From the NCBI GenBank assembly GCA_964420125.1, contig CAYQQQ010000019.1, forward strand, positions 1 to 64,000: a DNA stretch of 64,000 bases. Reading direction: 5' to 3'. The DNA comes from an uncultured Microthrixaceae bacterium (GTDB lineage: Bacteria > Actinomycetota > Acidimicrobiia > Acidimicrobiales > Microtrichaceae). The translations under genes and the position numbers were made by a program. Within the stretch, counting starts at the first letter, position 1. The number at the start of each line of letters is the position of its first letter. Below, piece after piece: positions 1-9,634 of this stretch. Under the pieces are notes generated by a model. It saw only the letters and a program-made list of their open reading frames with translations. It had not been told where the DNA came from and made no database searches.

Positions 1-881
1 GCGTCGCGCGGGCGATGCGAGCGTTCCCCGGCCTCGATGCCGCCATGGCCTGCGGTGATGTCTCCTACGCCAAGGCCCGTGTGCTGGCCGCGCATCTCGA
101 CCACGACAACGCCGCCGCGTTGATCGCCATCGCGCAGCGCACCCCCGCAGGGCGCCTCGGCGCAGCGATCGCCGCGTGGTCCCAACGCCACGACGACCCC
201 GACACCATCCGCGCCCGTCAACACCAGGGCCGGTCCTGCTCCTGGCGCTGTGACCCCGACGGCATGGTCACCCTCACCGCCCGCATGACCCCCCACGTCG
301 CCGCCGCGGTGTGCGCGGTGATCGACACCCACGTCCTGCACACCGATCACGCACCGGCAGCAGTCGCGACCCCGCCGGCTCACGGACCAGATGCTCCCGC
401 GGGAGTCGCCGCAGCCGCCACGCCCGCTCCGGGCACCGCTCCCGCGGGAGCCATCCCGTCTCGGCCGACGCTGGCCCAACAACGCCACGACGCGCTCGCG
501 CACGCCGTCGCCCACGGCGGCCAGATCACCACCGAAGTCCTCGTGCACGTCACCGCCGACGGCAACCACCTCACCGACGGCACCCCGCTCTCGGACCACG
601 CCGTCACCCAACTCCTGCCCGACGCCCACATCGCCCTGCTCCTGCACGACACCCGAGGCCACCCCATCGACGCCTCCCCCCGACGACGCAACCCCACCCG
701 CCGCCAACGCCGCGTCCTCGACGCCCGCCAACACGAATGCGCCCACCCCGGCTGCACCTGCCGAACCTTCCTGCACTACGACCACATCATCCGCTACACC
801 GACGGCGGCACCACCACCCTCGACAACCTGCAGCGCCTCTGCGGCCCCCACAACCGAGCCAAAGAACCCCACCCAAGATGA
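1..881 (+). CDS. HNH endonuclease, DUF222 (13E12-repeat type) family; 5' end cut by window edge
   Basis: Frame open to nt 1; C-terminal HNH signature CAHPGCT...HYDHIIRYTDGGTTTLDNLQRLCGPHN in the ORF 15..881 translation. Confidence 0.7.
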   Translation, partial: VARAMRAFPGLDAAMACGDVSYAKARVLAAHLDHDNAAALIAIAQRTPAGRLGAAIAAWSQRHDDPDTIRARQHQGRSCSWRCDPDGMVTLTARMTPHVAAAVCAVIDTHVLHTDHAPAAVATPPAHGPDAPAGVAAAATPAPGTAPAGAIPSRPTLAQQRHDALAHAVAHGGQITTEVLVHVTADGNHLTDGTPLSDHAVTQLLPDAHIALLLHDTRGHPIDASPRRRNPTRRQRRVLDARQHECAHPGCTCRTFLHYDHIIRYTDGGTTTLDNLQRLCGPHNRAKEPHPR

Positions 882-972
882 TCGCCGCCGTCACCCGCGT
901 TCTTCCGGACATCGCGGCGGCGCTGGGGTCTACGGTGAGGGCGACGGCTGGGGCCAACAGGAGGTCGAGTCG

Positions 973-1788
973 ATGATCCACAGCAGATACCTGCGATGCT
1001 CCGGCGTCGCGTCGCTGCTCGTCCTCACCATGGTGCTCGCCTCCTGCGGCGGTGACGACGAGGGCGACGACTTCACGGCCAAGGAGACCACCACCACGGA
1101 GGCCGAGAGCACCACGAGCGAGTCCGAGGGAACCACGACGACGTCGGACGACGAGGCATCTCGGGATCAGTCCGGGACCGGACCCTGGGCCGCCACCGCC
1201 GCCGACCTCCGCGGCGAGGTCGGCACCACACGGGAGTTCGACTGTCCCGCCGGAGGCGAGCCGGGGAGGGTCTGGGGGGTGAACGTGTACACCGACGACT
1301 CCTCGGTGTGCACCGCCGCGGTGCAGATGGGGCTCATCACCTTCGATGACGGCGGCAGCGTGACCATCGAGATGCTCGACGGCCAGGACAGCTACCAGGG
1401 CGCCGAGGCCAACGGGGTGACGTCGATCCGCTACTCCTCGTGGGGAGGCAGCTTCGAGTTCCCGTCGGCCACCCCGCTGGAGGTCTCGTCCCGGATCGAG
1501 TGGAACGCGTCGGCCCGCGACGTCGCCGGAGCCACGACCGACGGCACCCTCACGGTGGACTGCCCGCCGGACGGCACGGCCGGCAGCTTGTGGGGGACCG
1601 ACACCTACACCGACGACTCGTCGGTGTGCACCGCAGCGGTGCACACCGGTGTCATCACCTTGGCCGACGGGGGCGAGGTCACCTTCTCGATGCTCCCTGG
1701 CGAAGAGAGCTACGAGGGGAGCACGGCCAACGGCGTCACCTCCAACGAGTACGGTGCCTGGAGCGGGAGCTTCCGCGTGGACTCGTGA
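973..1788 (+). CDS. Lipoprotein with two tandem LCCL domains
   Basis: AGGAGG 10 nt before ATG 973; signal peptide with LASCGG lipobox; two copies of the LCCL consensus (FDCPAGGEPGRVWGVNVYTDDSSVCTAAVQMGLI... and DCPPDGTAGSLWGTDTYTDDSSVCTAAVHTGVI...). Confidence 0.8.
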   Translation: MIHSRYLRCSGVASLLVLTMVLASCGGDDEGDDFTAKETTTTEAESTTSESEGTTTTSDDEASRDQSGTGPWAATAADLRGEVGTTREFDCPAGGEPGRVWGVNVYTDDSSVCTAAVQMGLITFDDGGSVTIEMLDGQDSYQGAEANGVTSIRYSSWGGSFEFPSATPLEVSSRIEWNASARDVAGATTDGTLTVDCPPDGTAGSLWGTDTYTDDSSVCTAAVHTGVITLADGGEVTFSMLPGEESYEGSTANGVTSNEYGAWSGSFRVDS

Positions 1789-1813
1789 CGGCGAAGCGGG
1801 CGCGACGCCCGCC

Positions 1814-4180
1814 TCACTGCTTGGCCAGGAACACCGCGAGGAGGTCCTCGTCGGTGTCGTACAGCTCGCCGGAGGTGTCGACCACCACGTCGTGCAGGGT
1901 GCCGGTGAAGGGGAACGGCGCCCGGTAGGTGGCGGGTTCGACAGAGTCGAAGGCGGCGTAGCCGCAGCTCATGCCGAGCACCCCGATCATGATGGGCGTG
2001 GTGAACTCCCACTCGGCCGCGCCGGCCAGCCGGTCGTCGAACCAGAGCCTGGCCAGGCCGCCTGGCCCCCGCCCGTTGAGCAGGTCGATGCCGGTCGTGG
2101 GCTCGAACTCGAAGCGCAGCGCCACCTCGCCGGAGGGCAGCGCGTCGGCGGAGCGGACACCGAAGCGGCGGAGGCCCACGTAGTTGTGCACGAAGCGGAG
2201 GTGACCGTCGTCCACGAAGAAGGCGAACCCGGCGTGACGGCTCCCTTGTGTGAGCAGGATCCCCTCTGCTCCTGCCTCGGGGATCTCGCCCCGGGCGGTG
2301 ATGCTGTAGCTGCGGTTGACGAGCCGGGGTGCAGCGGCGAAGGCCAACGGTGCTCCGCCGGGGTAGAAGGTGGTGCGGTCCCGTCGGCGGGCGACCTTGG
2401 GCCGGGTCGCGGCGAGACGGCTCAGCTCGGCCGCGGCGATGGGCAGCACCCCGTAGGTGCCGGCCTCGGCGTACCAGCGCTGCACCATGTCGCGGAGCCG
2501 GCCTGGCTCCTGGGCTGCCAGGTCGTGGATCTCGGAGGGGTCGGCGCGCAGGTCGTACAGCTCCCATCCGGTGGCATCCAGCTGGTCGAGGACGGCTCCG
2601 GTGAGGGGTTGACCGAACCGGCGACCTTCGGCCTCGCCCTCGGCGAAGCTCGGACCGGGGAAGGGGCAGACCGCCTTCCAGCCGTCGTGGTAGAGCGACC
2701 GGTGGGCGAGCATCTCGGAGTACTGGGTGAGGTGCCGGCTGGGGGCGTCGGGTTCGTCGAAGGTGTGGGCGAAGCTCACCCCCTGGATCGGGGACTGCGT
2801 GACGCCCCGGATGGTCTCGGGGGGCTGGAGCTCGAGTGCGTCGAGGAGGGTGGGGACGAGATCGATGGCGTGGCAGTACTGGTCGCGGACCTCCCCGGCA
2901 GCCGAGATCCCCGCCGGCCAGGAGATCAGGCAGGGGTCGGTGATGCCGCCCCGGTAGGTCTCCCGCTTCCAGCGCCGGAACGGGGTGTCGCCTGCCCAGG
3001 CCCAACCCCAGGCGTAGTGGCAGAAGGTGTCAGGGGAACCCCACTGGTCGTAGTGCTCGAGGTTGTCCTCCAACGTCTCGGCGACCATGTTGAAGAAGAG
3101 CGTCTCGTTGAAGGTGCCGTGCACGCCTCCCTCGGCGCTGGCGCCGTTGTCGGAGATCACCACGACGATGGTGTTGTCGAGCTCGCCGGTGCGCTCGATG
3201 AAGTCGATCACGCGGCCGAAGTGGTGGTCGGTCTGCTCGATGAAGCCGGCGTAGACCTCCATCTGGCGGGCGTACATGCGGCGGGCGTCCTCGGAGAGGG
3301 TGTCCCAGCCGGGCACGTCGGGATCGCGCGGAGGGAGCTCGGCGTCGGGGGCCACGATGCCGAGGGCCTTCTGGCGTTCCAGCACCAGCTCCCGGTAGCG
3401 ATCCCATCCGTCGTCGAAGCGGCCGCGGTACCTCGCGATCCACTCCGGCTCGACGTGGTGGGGGGCGTGACCGGCGCCAGGCGCGTAGTAGAGGAAGAAC
3501 GGCTTGTCGGGGGCGGTGACGTGGGCGTCCTGGAGGAACTCGATGGCCCGGTCGGCGAGGTCGATGTTGAGGTGGTAGCCCTCCTCGGGGGTCCGCGGAG
3601 GTCGGACCGGGTGGTTGTCGTGGACCAGGTCGGGGTACCACTGATCGGTGTCGCCGCCGAGGAACCCGTAGAAGCGCTCGAACCCCCGTCCCAGCGGCCA
3701 GCGGGTGAACGGCCCGGCCATCGTGGTCTCCTCCGGCGGGGTGAGGTGCCACTTGCCCACGGCGAAGGTGTTGTAGCCGGCCTCCAGCAGCGTCTCTGAG
3801 AGGAAGCCGTGCTCGAAGCCCATGATCCCGTTGAGGGCGGGGTAGCCGATGGACAGCTCGGTGATCGCACCGAGACCGAGGGTGTGGTGGTTGCGACCGG
3901 TGAGCACGCAGCCACGCGTGGGGGAGCAGAGCGCGGTGGTCTGGAAGTTGGAGTAGCGGAGCCCTCTCTCGGCCAGCCGGTCGAGGGTGGGGGTCTGACA
4001 GGGCCCGCCGAAGACGGACATCTGCCCGTATCCGACGTCGTCCCACACCATGACCACCACGTTCGGGGCCCCCTCCCGGGCGCGGTTGGGCGCCGGCCAG
4101 GCGGGTTCGGACTCGTCGAGGGTGCGACCGATCACCCCCGGGAACCGGCTACCGGGCGGATACTCCTCGGGCTCGAACAT
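1814..4180 (-). CDS. Arylsulfatase-family type I sulfatase (788 aa), no signal peptide
   Basis: CSPTRG (C-x-P-x-R formylglycine motif), metal-binding DD/GKWHL motifs; full-length sulfatase fold in translation. Confidence 0.85.
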   Translation of the reverse strand: MFEPEEYPPGSRFPGVIGRTLDESEPAWPAPNRAREGAPNVVVMVWDDVGYGQMSVFGGPCQTPTLDRLAERGLRYSNFQTTALCSPTRGCVLTGRNHHTLGLGAITELSIGYPALNGIMGFEHGFLSETLLEAGYNTFAVGKWHLTPPEETTMAGPFTRWPLGRGFERFYGFLGGDTDQWYPDLVHDNHPVRPPRTPEEGYHLNIDLADRAIEFLQDAHVTAPDKPFFLYYAPGAGHAPHHVEPEWIARYRGRFDDGWDRYRELVLERQKALGIVAPDAELPPRDPDVPGWDTLSEDARRMYARQMEVYAGFIEQTDHHFGRVIDFIERTGELDNTIVVVISDNGASAEGGVHGTFNETLFFNMVAETLEDNLEHYDQWGSPDTFCHYAWGWAWAGDTPFRRWKRETYRGGITDPCLISWPAGISAAGEVRDQYCHAIDLVPTLLDALELQPPETIRGVTQSPIQGVSFAHTFDEPDAPSRHLTQYSEMLAHRSLYHDGWKAVCPFPGPSFAEGEAEGRRFGQPLTGAVLDQLDATGWELYDLRADPSEIHDLAAQEPGRLRDMVQRWYAEAGTYGVLPIAAAELSRLAATRPKVARRRDRTTFYPGGAPLAFAAAPRLVNRSYSITARGEIPEAGAEGILLTQGSRHAGFAFFVDDGHLRFVHNYVGLRRFGVRSADALPSGEVALRFEFEPTTGIDLLNGRGPGGLARLWFDDRLAGAAEWEFTTPIMIGVLGMSCGYAAFDSVEPATYRAPFPFTGTLHDVVVDTSGELYDTDEDLLAVFLAKQ

Positions 4181-4287
4181 GCGCGTGCTCCTGGCTTGGA
4201 TCCGACCACTTTAGTCGAGTGGTAACCCTCGAGGTCGGCGGTAACGGAGGGGCGCAACGGCGAGCTGCGGCATCGGAGGACGCCACA

Positions 4288-5016
4288 TCAGCCTGCACCG
4301 TGATGGTCTGCAGAGAGCCAGTCCCGCACCTCCGCGGCCGGACCGTCCTGCACGAGCTCGCCGTCGGAGAGCACCAGACCGCGCTGGAAGCCGTCGATCA
4401 CGGCCGGATCGTGGGTGGCCACGATGAGGGTGGCTCCCTCCTGGTGGGCTTCTGCCAGGAGCTCCAACATGGCGGCGCGGCCGGACGCGTCGAGACCCAC
4501 GAAGGGCTCGTCCACCAGCAGCACCGAGAAGGGCCGGCAGAGGGCTACGGCGATCGCCGTCTTCTGGCGCAGGCCGCGGCTGAACTGGCTGGGGAGCTGG
4601 TCGCGGCGGTCCACGAGCTCCAGTCGGACGAGCAGGTCCTCCAGCAGGTCCTCGTCCTCCGAGCCTCCGTGCAGCCGGGCCACGTAGCGGAGGTGCTCGT
4701 CGACGGTGAGGTCGTCGTAGAGCACGGGTGTGTCGGGGAGCCACGAGCGGTTGGCCCGGGCCCCGAGGGAGCCAGGTCCCTCTCCGTGGATGCGGACCTC
4801 ACCACCGGTGGGCTCCGACGTGCCGGCGAGGAGGTTGAGGAGGGTCGACTTGCCCGACCCGTTGTGGCCGACCAGCACCACGGACTCCCCGGACATCACC
4901 TCGAGGTCCAGCGGGGCGAGGGCGACCACGTCGCCGTAGTCCTTCTCGAGGTCCTCACAGGCCACCGCGGGCACCTCCCGGCGCCTACCCCCGCCGGTCC
5001 CGCTCTTGCGACTCAT
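4288..5016 (-). CDS. ABC transporter ATP-binding protein
   Basis: Walker A GHNGSGKST, signature LSQFSRGLRQK-like, Walker B LLVDEP, H-loop THD; start ATG 5016 overlaps upstream stop (ATGA). Confidence 0.85.
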   Translation of the reverse strand: MSRKSGTGGGRRREVPAVACEDLEKDYGDVVALAPLDLEVMSGESVVLVGHNGSGKSTLLNLLAGTSEPTGGEVRIHGEGPGSLGARANRSWLPDTPVLYDDLTVDEHLRYVARLHGGSEDEDLLEDLLVRLELVDRRDQLPSQFSRGLRQKTAIAVALCRPFSVLLVDEPFVGLDASGRAAMLELLAEAHQEGATLIVATHDPAVIDGFQRGLVLSDGELVQDGPAAEVRDWLSADHHGAG

Positions 5017-6647
5017 GCGGATGCACCTCCACCCATCGACTCGGCCATCGACCGGTGGATGTCGGCGCGGAACCTCACCCAGCCGAAGACCAGGGCCACG
5101 AGGATCCACACCGCGACCCCGACGTTGAGCACGACGAGCTCGGGAGTCGCGGAGGTGGTGCGGCCGGCCACCAGCAGCGGCGCGAACCCGAGCATCGCCA
5201 CCAGCGGAGGCCACGCGGTGCGCAGGACCAGGCGGGGCCCGGCGACCTCCGGGGTCAACAGCGCCCCCGACGTCTCGGGGGTCGACCCGGACAGCACGCT
5301 GATGGCCGCACCGGCGACCGCTGCGGGCCCTGCGATGAGGACCCCGACCACACCCAGGGTCAGCACGTCCGCAGTCGGATCCACGGCCCAGGCCACGCCG
5401 ACGCCGACCGCGCCCGCCAGGACCATCACCAGGCAGGGCGCGACGAGGTGGCGCAGGTGGAGCTGTCCGAGGGGGACCGGGAAGCCGGCGGTGAGGGTGG
5501 GGTGGTCGATCTCCTCGGCCAGCGGCTCGGTGGCGTCCAGCGCCGCCACGAAGGTCGCCACCCCGGCCACGACGACCAGAGGTGTGGTGCCCGACCACAT
5601 CCCGCGCGCGGCCAGCGCGGCCACGGCGCACAGCACGACGACCCGGACCACTCGGATCGCCGGCCAGTGGGCGATGCTCTGGAGGTCGCGTCCGAGCACC
5701 GGCTGCCGGGAGCTGAGGAGGCGTGGCACGGGGAACCACCGGCGGTTCCTCGGGAGCTCCGAGGCGAGCTGGCGGCGCAGCAGCACGACGGAGCGGAGGT
5801 CCTGCACGGTGACCGCGAAGCGGAGCTGGCCGACCAGCTGGGTCCGCCGTCGGGCCGCCTCGATCGACAGGCCGCCGATGGCGAGGGTGCCGGCGGCGGC
5901 CAGGGAGAGGGCCACGAGGACGCCGCCGAGCCCCACGGTGCCCGAACGCAGCGGCCACAGCGCCAGCCGAGCGACCTGGGTGGTCGGGGCGTTCGGCACC
6001 CTGACCGGGGGATCTCGGAGGTAGGTGCTGACCAGCGACGCGGTGGCCCACGCCAGCAGACCCCAGGACACCGCCCAGGCGATGACGCCGGGGACACGCC
6101 GAGAGGAGGTGACCAGGGCGGCACCGAGGCCCATGGTGAGCAGGGTCGCCCCGAAGAGGGCGCCGACCGCCACCCACTCGGTGTTGGAACCCGGGAGGCG
6201 TTGGGCGGCCAGCGAGCCCGCCAGGCCGAACGCCAGAGCTCCACCGAGCGCGCCGTAGCCGAGCACCTCGATGCTGGGCCTGCGCAGCGTGGCACCACGG
6301 CTCACCGGGGCCAGGAGGAGGTGGTGGACGTCCGGCGCTTCGAGCGCCAAGGGTCCGCCGCGACCGCCGGAGCGGACACCGGCGACGAGCACCACCGCCA
6401 CGAGCAGTCCCAGCCACCCGGGAGCCTCGTCCGCCACCTGGGCCGCGGCCTGCGCCGTGAGCTCCTGGTCGCCCACCCAGCCGGCCAGCATCATGGCCAC
6501 CACAAGGCAGAACAGGGCCGTGGTGTAGACGCGGTAGGCGAGGTCCCCCCACTGGGTGTCTCCCAGGCGTCGGCGGCGACGGGTCGCACGCAGCTCGGCC
6601 ACAGCGGCCCACGTGGTCGGTTCGGGAGGGGGTTCGAGGGGGAGCAT
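5013..6647 (-). CDS. Polytopic membrane protein, putative ABC-2-type permease partner
   Basis: Long hydrophobic translation with >10 predicted TM segments; 4-nt overlap with downstream ATPase; start chosen at internal ATG 6647 (MLPLEPP...), the upstream part of the ORF is Arg-rich low complexity. Confidence 0.55.
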   Translation of the reverse strand: MLPLEPPPEPTTWAAVAELRATRRRRRLGDTQWGDLAYRVYTTALFCLVVAMMLAGWVGDQELTAQAAAQVADEAPGWLGLLVAVVLVAGVRSGGRGGPLALEAPDVHHLLLAPVSRGATLRRPSIEVLGYGALGGALAFGLAGSLAAQRLPGSNTEWVAVGALFGATLLTMGLGAALVTSSRRVPGVIAWAVSWGLLAWATASLVSTYLRDPPVRVPNAPTTQVARLALWPLRSGTVGLGGVLVALSLAAAGTLAIGGLSIEAARRRTQLVGQLRFAVTVQDLRSVVLLRRQLASELPRNRRWFPVPRLLSSRQPVLGRDLQSIAHWPAIRVVRVVVLCAVAALAARGMWSGTTPLVVVAGVATFVAALDATEPLAEEIDHPTLTAGFPVPLGQLHLRHLVAPCLVMVLAGAVGVGVAWAVDPTADVLTLGVVGVLIAGPAAVAGAAISVLSGSTPETSGALLTPEVAGPRLVLRTAWPPLVAMLGFAPLLVAGRTTSATPELVVLNVGVAVWILVALVFGWVRFRADIHRSMAESMGGGASA

Positions 6648-6733
6648 CGGCGGTCCCAGGACCGTACTTCGGCCCGGCCCCCGGCTCCACCTCCACCGCG
6701 GAGCGGCGTGAGGGTCCCGGTAGCCTGAGCCCG

Positions 6734-7489
6734 GTGACCGCCGACGAGCTCCCCGACGTGCCGCAGCCGTCGGCCAGGGCGCGGGAGCTGGCCTGCCTGA
6801 TCCAGCAGCACGTCGACCGCTTCGTCGACGACGACGCCGCCGATCCGGACGACCTCGCGGAGTTCCTCGACCGCCTGCCGCGCCAGGAGCGGGCACGGGT
6901 GGTGCGCGCTGCGTTCGAAGCCCTGCCCTCGCAGCGCCAGTGGGAGGTGCTCGAAGCCGTGTTCGGTGACGCGGAGATCGCCGAGTACCTGTGCGCGGAG
7001 CACGAGCGTCGTCGTGCCTGGCTGGCGGGGGAGGCGTCGCTGGTGTCGCTGGTGGAGGACGCCCGCTCCCGTGGCTCGATCGACCTGGCCTCGGTGGTCA
7101 GGGGTACCGAGGTGGTCCTGGGTCTGTTCCGCTCCGGCGACGTGGCCGCCGCGGCCGATCGAGGCCCGCGTTCGGACGTGTGCGCCCGGCGGGTGGTGCT
7201 GAGGGTCGCCGCCGAACACGGGGAGCTGCGCGTGATCGAGGACACGTTCAACCCGCGCGGGGGTCTGTTCGTCACCCCGGAGTACGACGCGCAGGTGTGG
7301 CAGTCCGAGCGCTGGCCCAGCCACACCCTGGTGCGGGTGGGGGCGATCGGGCCGGCAGAGGAGCTGGAGCCTGTGCTCTTCCCCGGGGCCCGACTGGATG
7401 CGGAGTACGACGCCCGGGTGCACCGGGGCCGGCTGCACCTCGGCTTCGCGCTGATCGGGGGCCACGACGTGTTCACTGGGGTGCGATGA
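6734..7489 (+). CDS. Hypothetical protein (acidic, no recognisable domain)
   Basis: Strong GC3 bias, protein-like composition, GTG start 6734, divergent from permease operon. Confidence 0.5.
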   Translation: MTADELPDVPQPSARARELACLIQQHVDRFVDDDAADPDDLAEFLDRLPRQERARVVRAAFEALPSQRQWEVLEAVFGDAEIAEYLCAEHERRRAWLAGEASLVSLVEDARSRGSIDLASVVRGTEVVLGLFRSGDVAAAADRGPRSDVCARRVVLRVAAEHGELRVIEDTFNPRGGLFVTPEYDAQVWQSERWPSHTLVRVGAIGPAEELEPVLFPGARLDAEYDARVHRGRLHLGFALIGGHDVFTGVR

Positions 7490-7573
7490 GGTCGCGACGA
7501 CGGCCCCGAATTCGCACGACCCGGAGGTCGCATGGGCCTACGCTCGGCTCCGGTGCTCTGAGAGGCAGGTGAC

Positions 7574-9628
7574 GTGATGGATGGACTGGCCGTGCTGATC
7601 GCGGTGGGTGTCGTGGGGCTGCTGGTGCTGCTGATGCTGCTGCTGAGCTTCCACTCGATCGGGCCCTCCGAGATCGGTCTGGTGACGAAGCGGATCGGCC
7701 GCAAGCTCGGCGAGGACCAGCTGATCGCCCTGAACGGCGAGGCGGGCTACCAGGCCGACCTGTTGATGCCAGGGCTCCGACTCAAGGTGTGGCCGGTGTT
7801 CAAGGTCGAGCGCTACCCGTGGGTGCAGGTGCCCCCGGACCACATCGGGTTGGTCATCGCCCAGGTGGGCCATGCGCTGCCGACCGGCCACAAGTCGGCG
7901 ATCTACCGCCCCGAGTTCGGCAACTTCGCCGACCTGCGGGCCTTCCTCTCCGGCGGAGGCCAGCGGGGCGTGCAGCGACCGGTGCTGCCGCCGGGCACGA
8001 CGGTGCCGATCCACCCCGTCGGCTTCGTGGTGACCACGAGCAGCCAGATCTTCGGCAAGGTGATCTCCGACACGACGCTCTCGGCGGTCGACCAGGTCGA
8101 TCCTGCCGCGCTGCGGGTCACCAACATCACCCCCCAGGGCGACAAGGACATCGTGGGCGTCGTGACCACCCTCGAAGGTCCACCGTCGGCCGACATCGCC
8201 AGCCGCATCAGCGGGTTCTCCGACGTGACCGCCATGGAGCAGGCGGGCACCGGCACCGCCAGCCAGGTGATCCAGGCGGTGCTGCGATCGAAGAACGACC
8301 TGCACGACAACTACCAGAACTTCCAGGCGTTCCTCGACAACGGCGGGTGCATCGGCCTGCAGCACGACCCGCTGCTCTACGGCTCGTACCTGCTCAACCC
8401 CTTCCTGGTGCGGGTCGAGCTGCGGGAGATGCTGGTGGTGCGCCAAGGCGAGGTGGCCGTCATGAAGGCCTACGTCGGCCTCCCCACCGAGGACACCTCG
8501 GGCGCGGAGTTCAAGTTCGGCTCGATCGTGAAGCCCGGCCACCAGGGGATCTGGTCGGAGCCGCTGCGCACCGGCAAGTACCCGCTCAACCCCCGCATCT
8601 ACGAAGCGGAGATCGTCCCCACGTCGATCCTCACCCTCAACTGGTCGCACGCCACCTCGGAGGCCCACAGCCTGGACGAGCGGCTCGCCCCGATCGACGC
8701 GAAGTCGAAGGAGGCCTTCACGTTCAGCATCGACCTGCAGGTGCAGATCCACGTACCCGACACCCGGGCGCCGAAGGTGATCTCGATGGTGGGCACGATG
8801 CAGAACCTGGTCAACGAGGTGCTGCAGTCGGCGGTGGGCAACTACTTCCGCAACAAGCTCCAGACCCTCGGTGCCACCGAGTTCATCGAGAAGCGCGACG
8901 AGGTGCAGAACGCGGCGGAGGGCTACATCCAGCAGTACCTGTCGCGCTACGAGGTGGAGACCCGCGGGGTGTACATCCAGGACGTCGTGTTCCCCGCCGA
9001 CCTCGTGCAGGTGCTGACCAGCCGCGAGATCGCCGCCCAGGAGCGCGCCACCTTCGGCCAGCAGCGCGAGGCCCAGGAGGCGAGGGTGAGCCTGGAGCAG
9101 CAGCGGGGCGTCGCCGACATGCAGGCCCAGCTCGCCCAGGCGAACGTCTCGATCGACATCGAGCGCTCCCGCGCCGAGGCAGCCCGGGCGCGCGCCGATG
9201 GCGAGGCCTCGGTGATCACCGTCACCGGCTCCGCGGAAGCCACGCGCACGCGCGACATCGGCAACGCCAACGCTGCGGCCGAGGAGGCGTTGGGCCTGGC
9301 ACGGGCCAAGGGCTTCGATGCCCAGCGTCGAGCCATCGGCTCCGAGCAGACGGCGCTGGTGGCCACGCTGCGCGAGGTGGCTGCCGGCCACGTGAAGATC
9401 GTGCCGGACATCCAGGTCGGTGGTGGCGGCGGCGTGATGGACGGGGTCGGCGCCCTCCTGATGCGGGCGCTCGCCGACCACGGGCGTGACGGATCGGGCC
9501 CCGAACAGGGCTCCAACGGCGATCGACCCGAGGCCGACGCGGTGCCCGCGGAGTCGCCGCCAGCGGCGGCCCCGGCATCCTCCGCCTCGCCGACACCCCC
9601 GTCGTCCCCGACAGATCCAGCCGCGTGA
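7574..9628 (+). CDS. SPFH/band-7 flotillin-like protein
   Basis: N-terminal TM helix, SPFH core, long Ala/Glu/Gln-rich coiled-coil (EAQEARVSLEQQRGVADMQAQLAQANVSIDIERSRAEAARARADGEA) typical of flotillin/YqiK. Confidence 0.8.
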   Translation: MMDGLAVLIAVGVVGLLVLLMLLLSFHSIGPSEIGLVTKRIGRKLGEDQLIALNGEAGYQADLLMPGLRLKVWPVFKVERYPWVQVPPDHIGLVIAQVGHALPTGHKSAIYRPEFGNFADLRAFLSGGGQRGVQRPVLPPGTTVPIHPVGFVVTTSSQIFGKVISDTTLSAVDQVDPAALRVTNITPQGDKDIVGVVTTLEGPPSADIASRISGFSDVTAMEQAGTGTASQVIQAVLRSKNDLHDNYQNFQAFLDNGGCIGLQHDPLLYGSYLLNPFLVRVELREMLVVRQGEVAVMKAYVGLPTEDTSGAEFKFGSIVKPGHQGIWSEPLRTGKYPLNPRIYEAEIVPTSILTLNWSHATSEAHSLDERLAPIDAKSKEAFTFSIDLQVQIHVPDTRAPKVISMVGTMQNLVNEVLQSAVGNYFRNKLQTLGATEFIEKRDEVQNAAEGYIQQYLSRYEVETRGVYIQDVVFPADLVQVLTSREIAAQERATFGQQREAQEARVSLEQQRGVADMQAQLAQANVSIDIERSRAEAARARADGEASVITVTGSAEATRTRDIGNANAAAEEALGLARAKGFDAQRRAIGSEQTALVATLREVAAGHVKIVPDIQVGGGGGVMDGVGALLMRALADHGRDGSGPEQGSNGDRPEADAVPAESPPAAAPASSASPTPPSSPTDPAA

Positions 9629-9634
9629 GCTGAC

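Noticed and set aside
1649-3799. 716-aa ORF on plus strand
   Set aside because: Antisense shadow of the sulfatase gene. It is Gly/Ala/Val-rich low complexity with no motifs.
4205-4223. Hairpin ACCACT-ttagtcg-AGTGGT downstream of the ABC operon / upstream of the sulfatase
   Set aside because: The short 6-bp stem in a mildly AT-rich spacer could be a terminator or a promoter element. The evidence is insufficient to call either.
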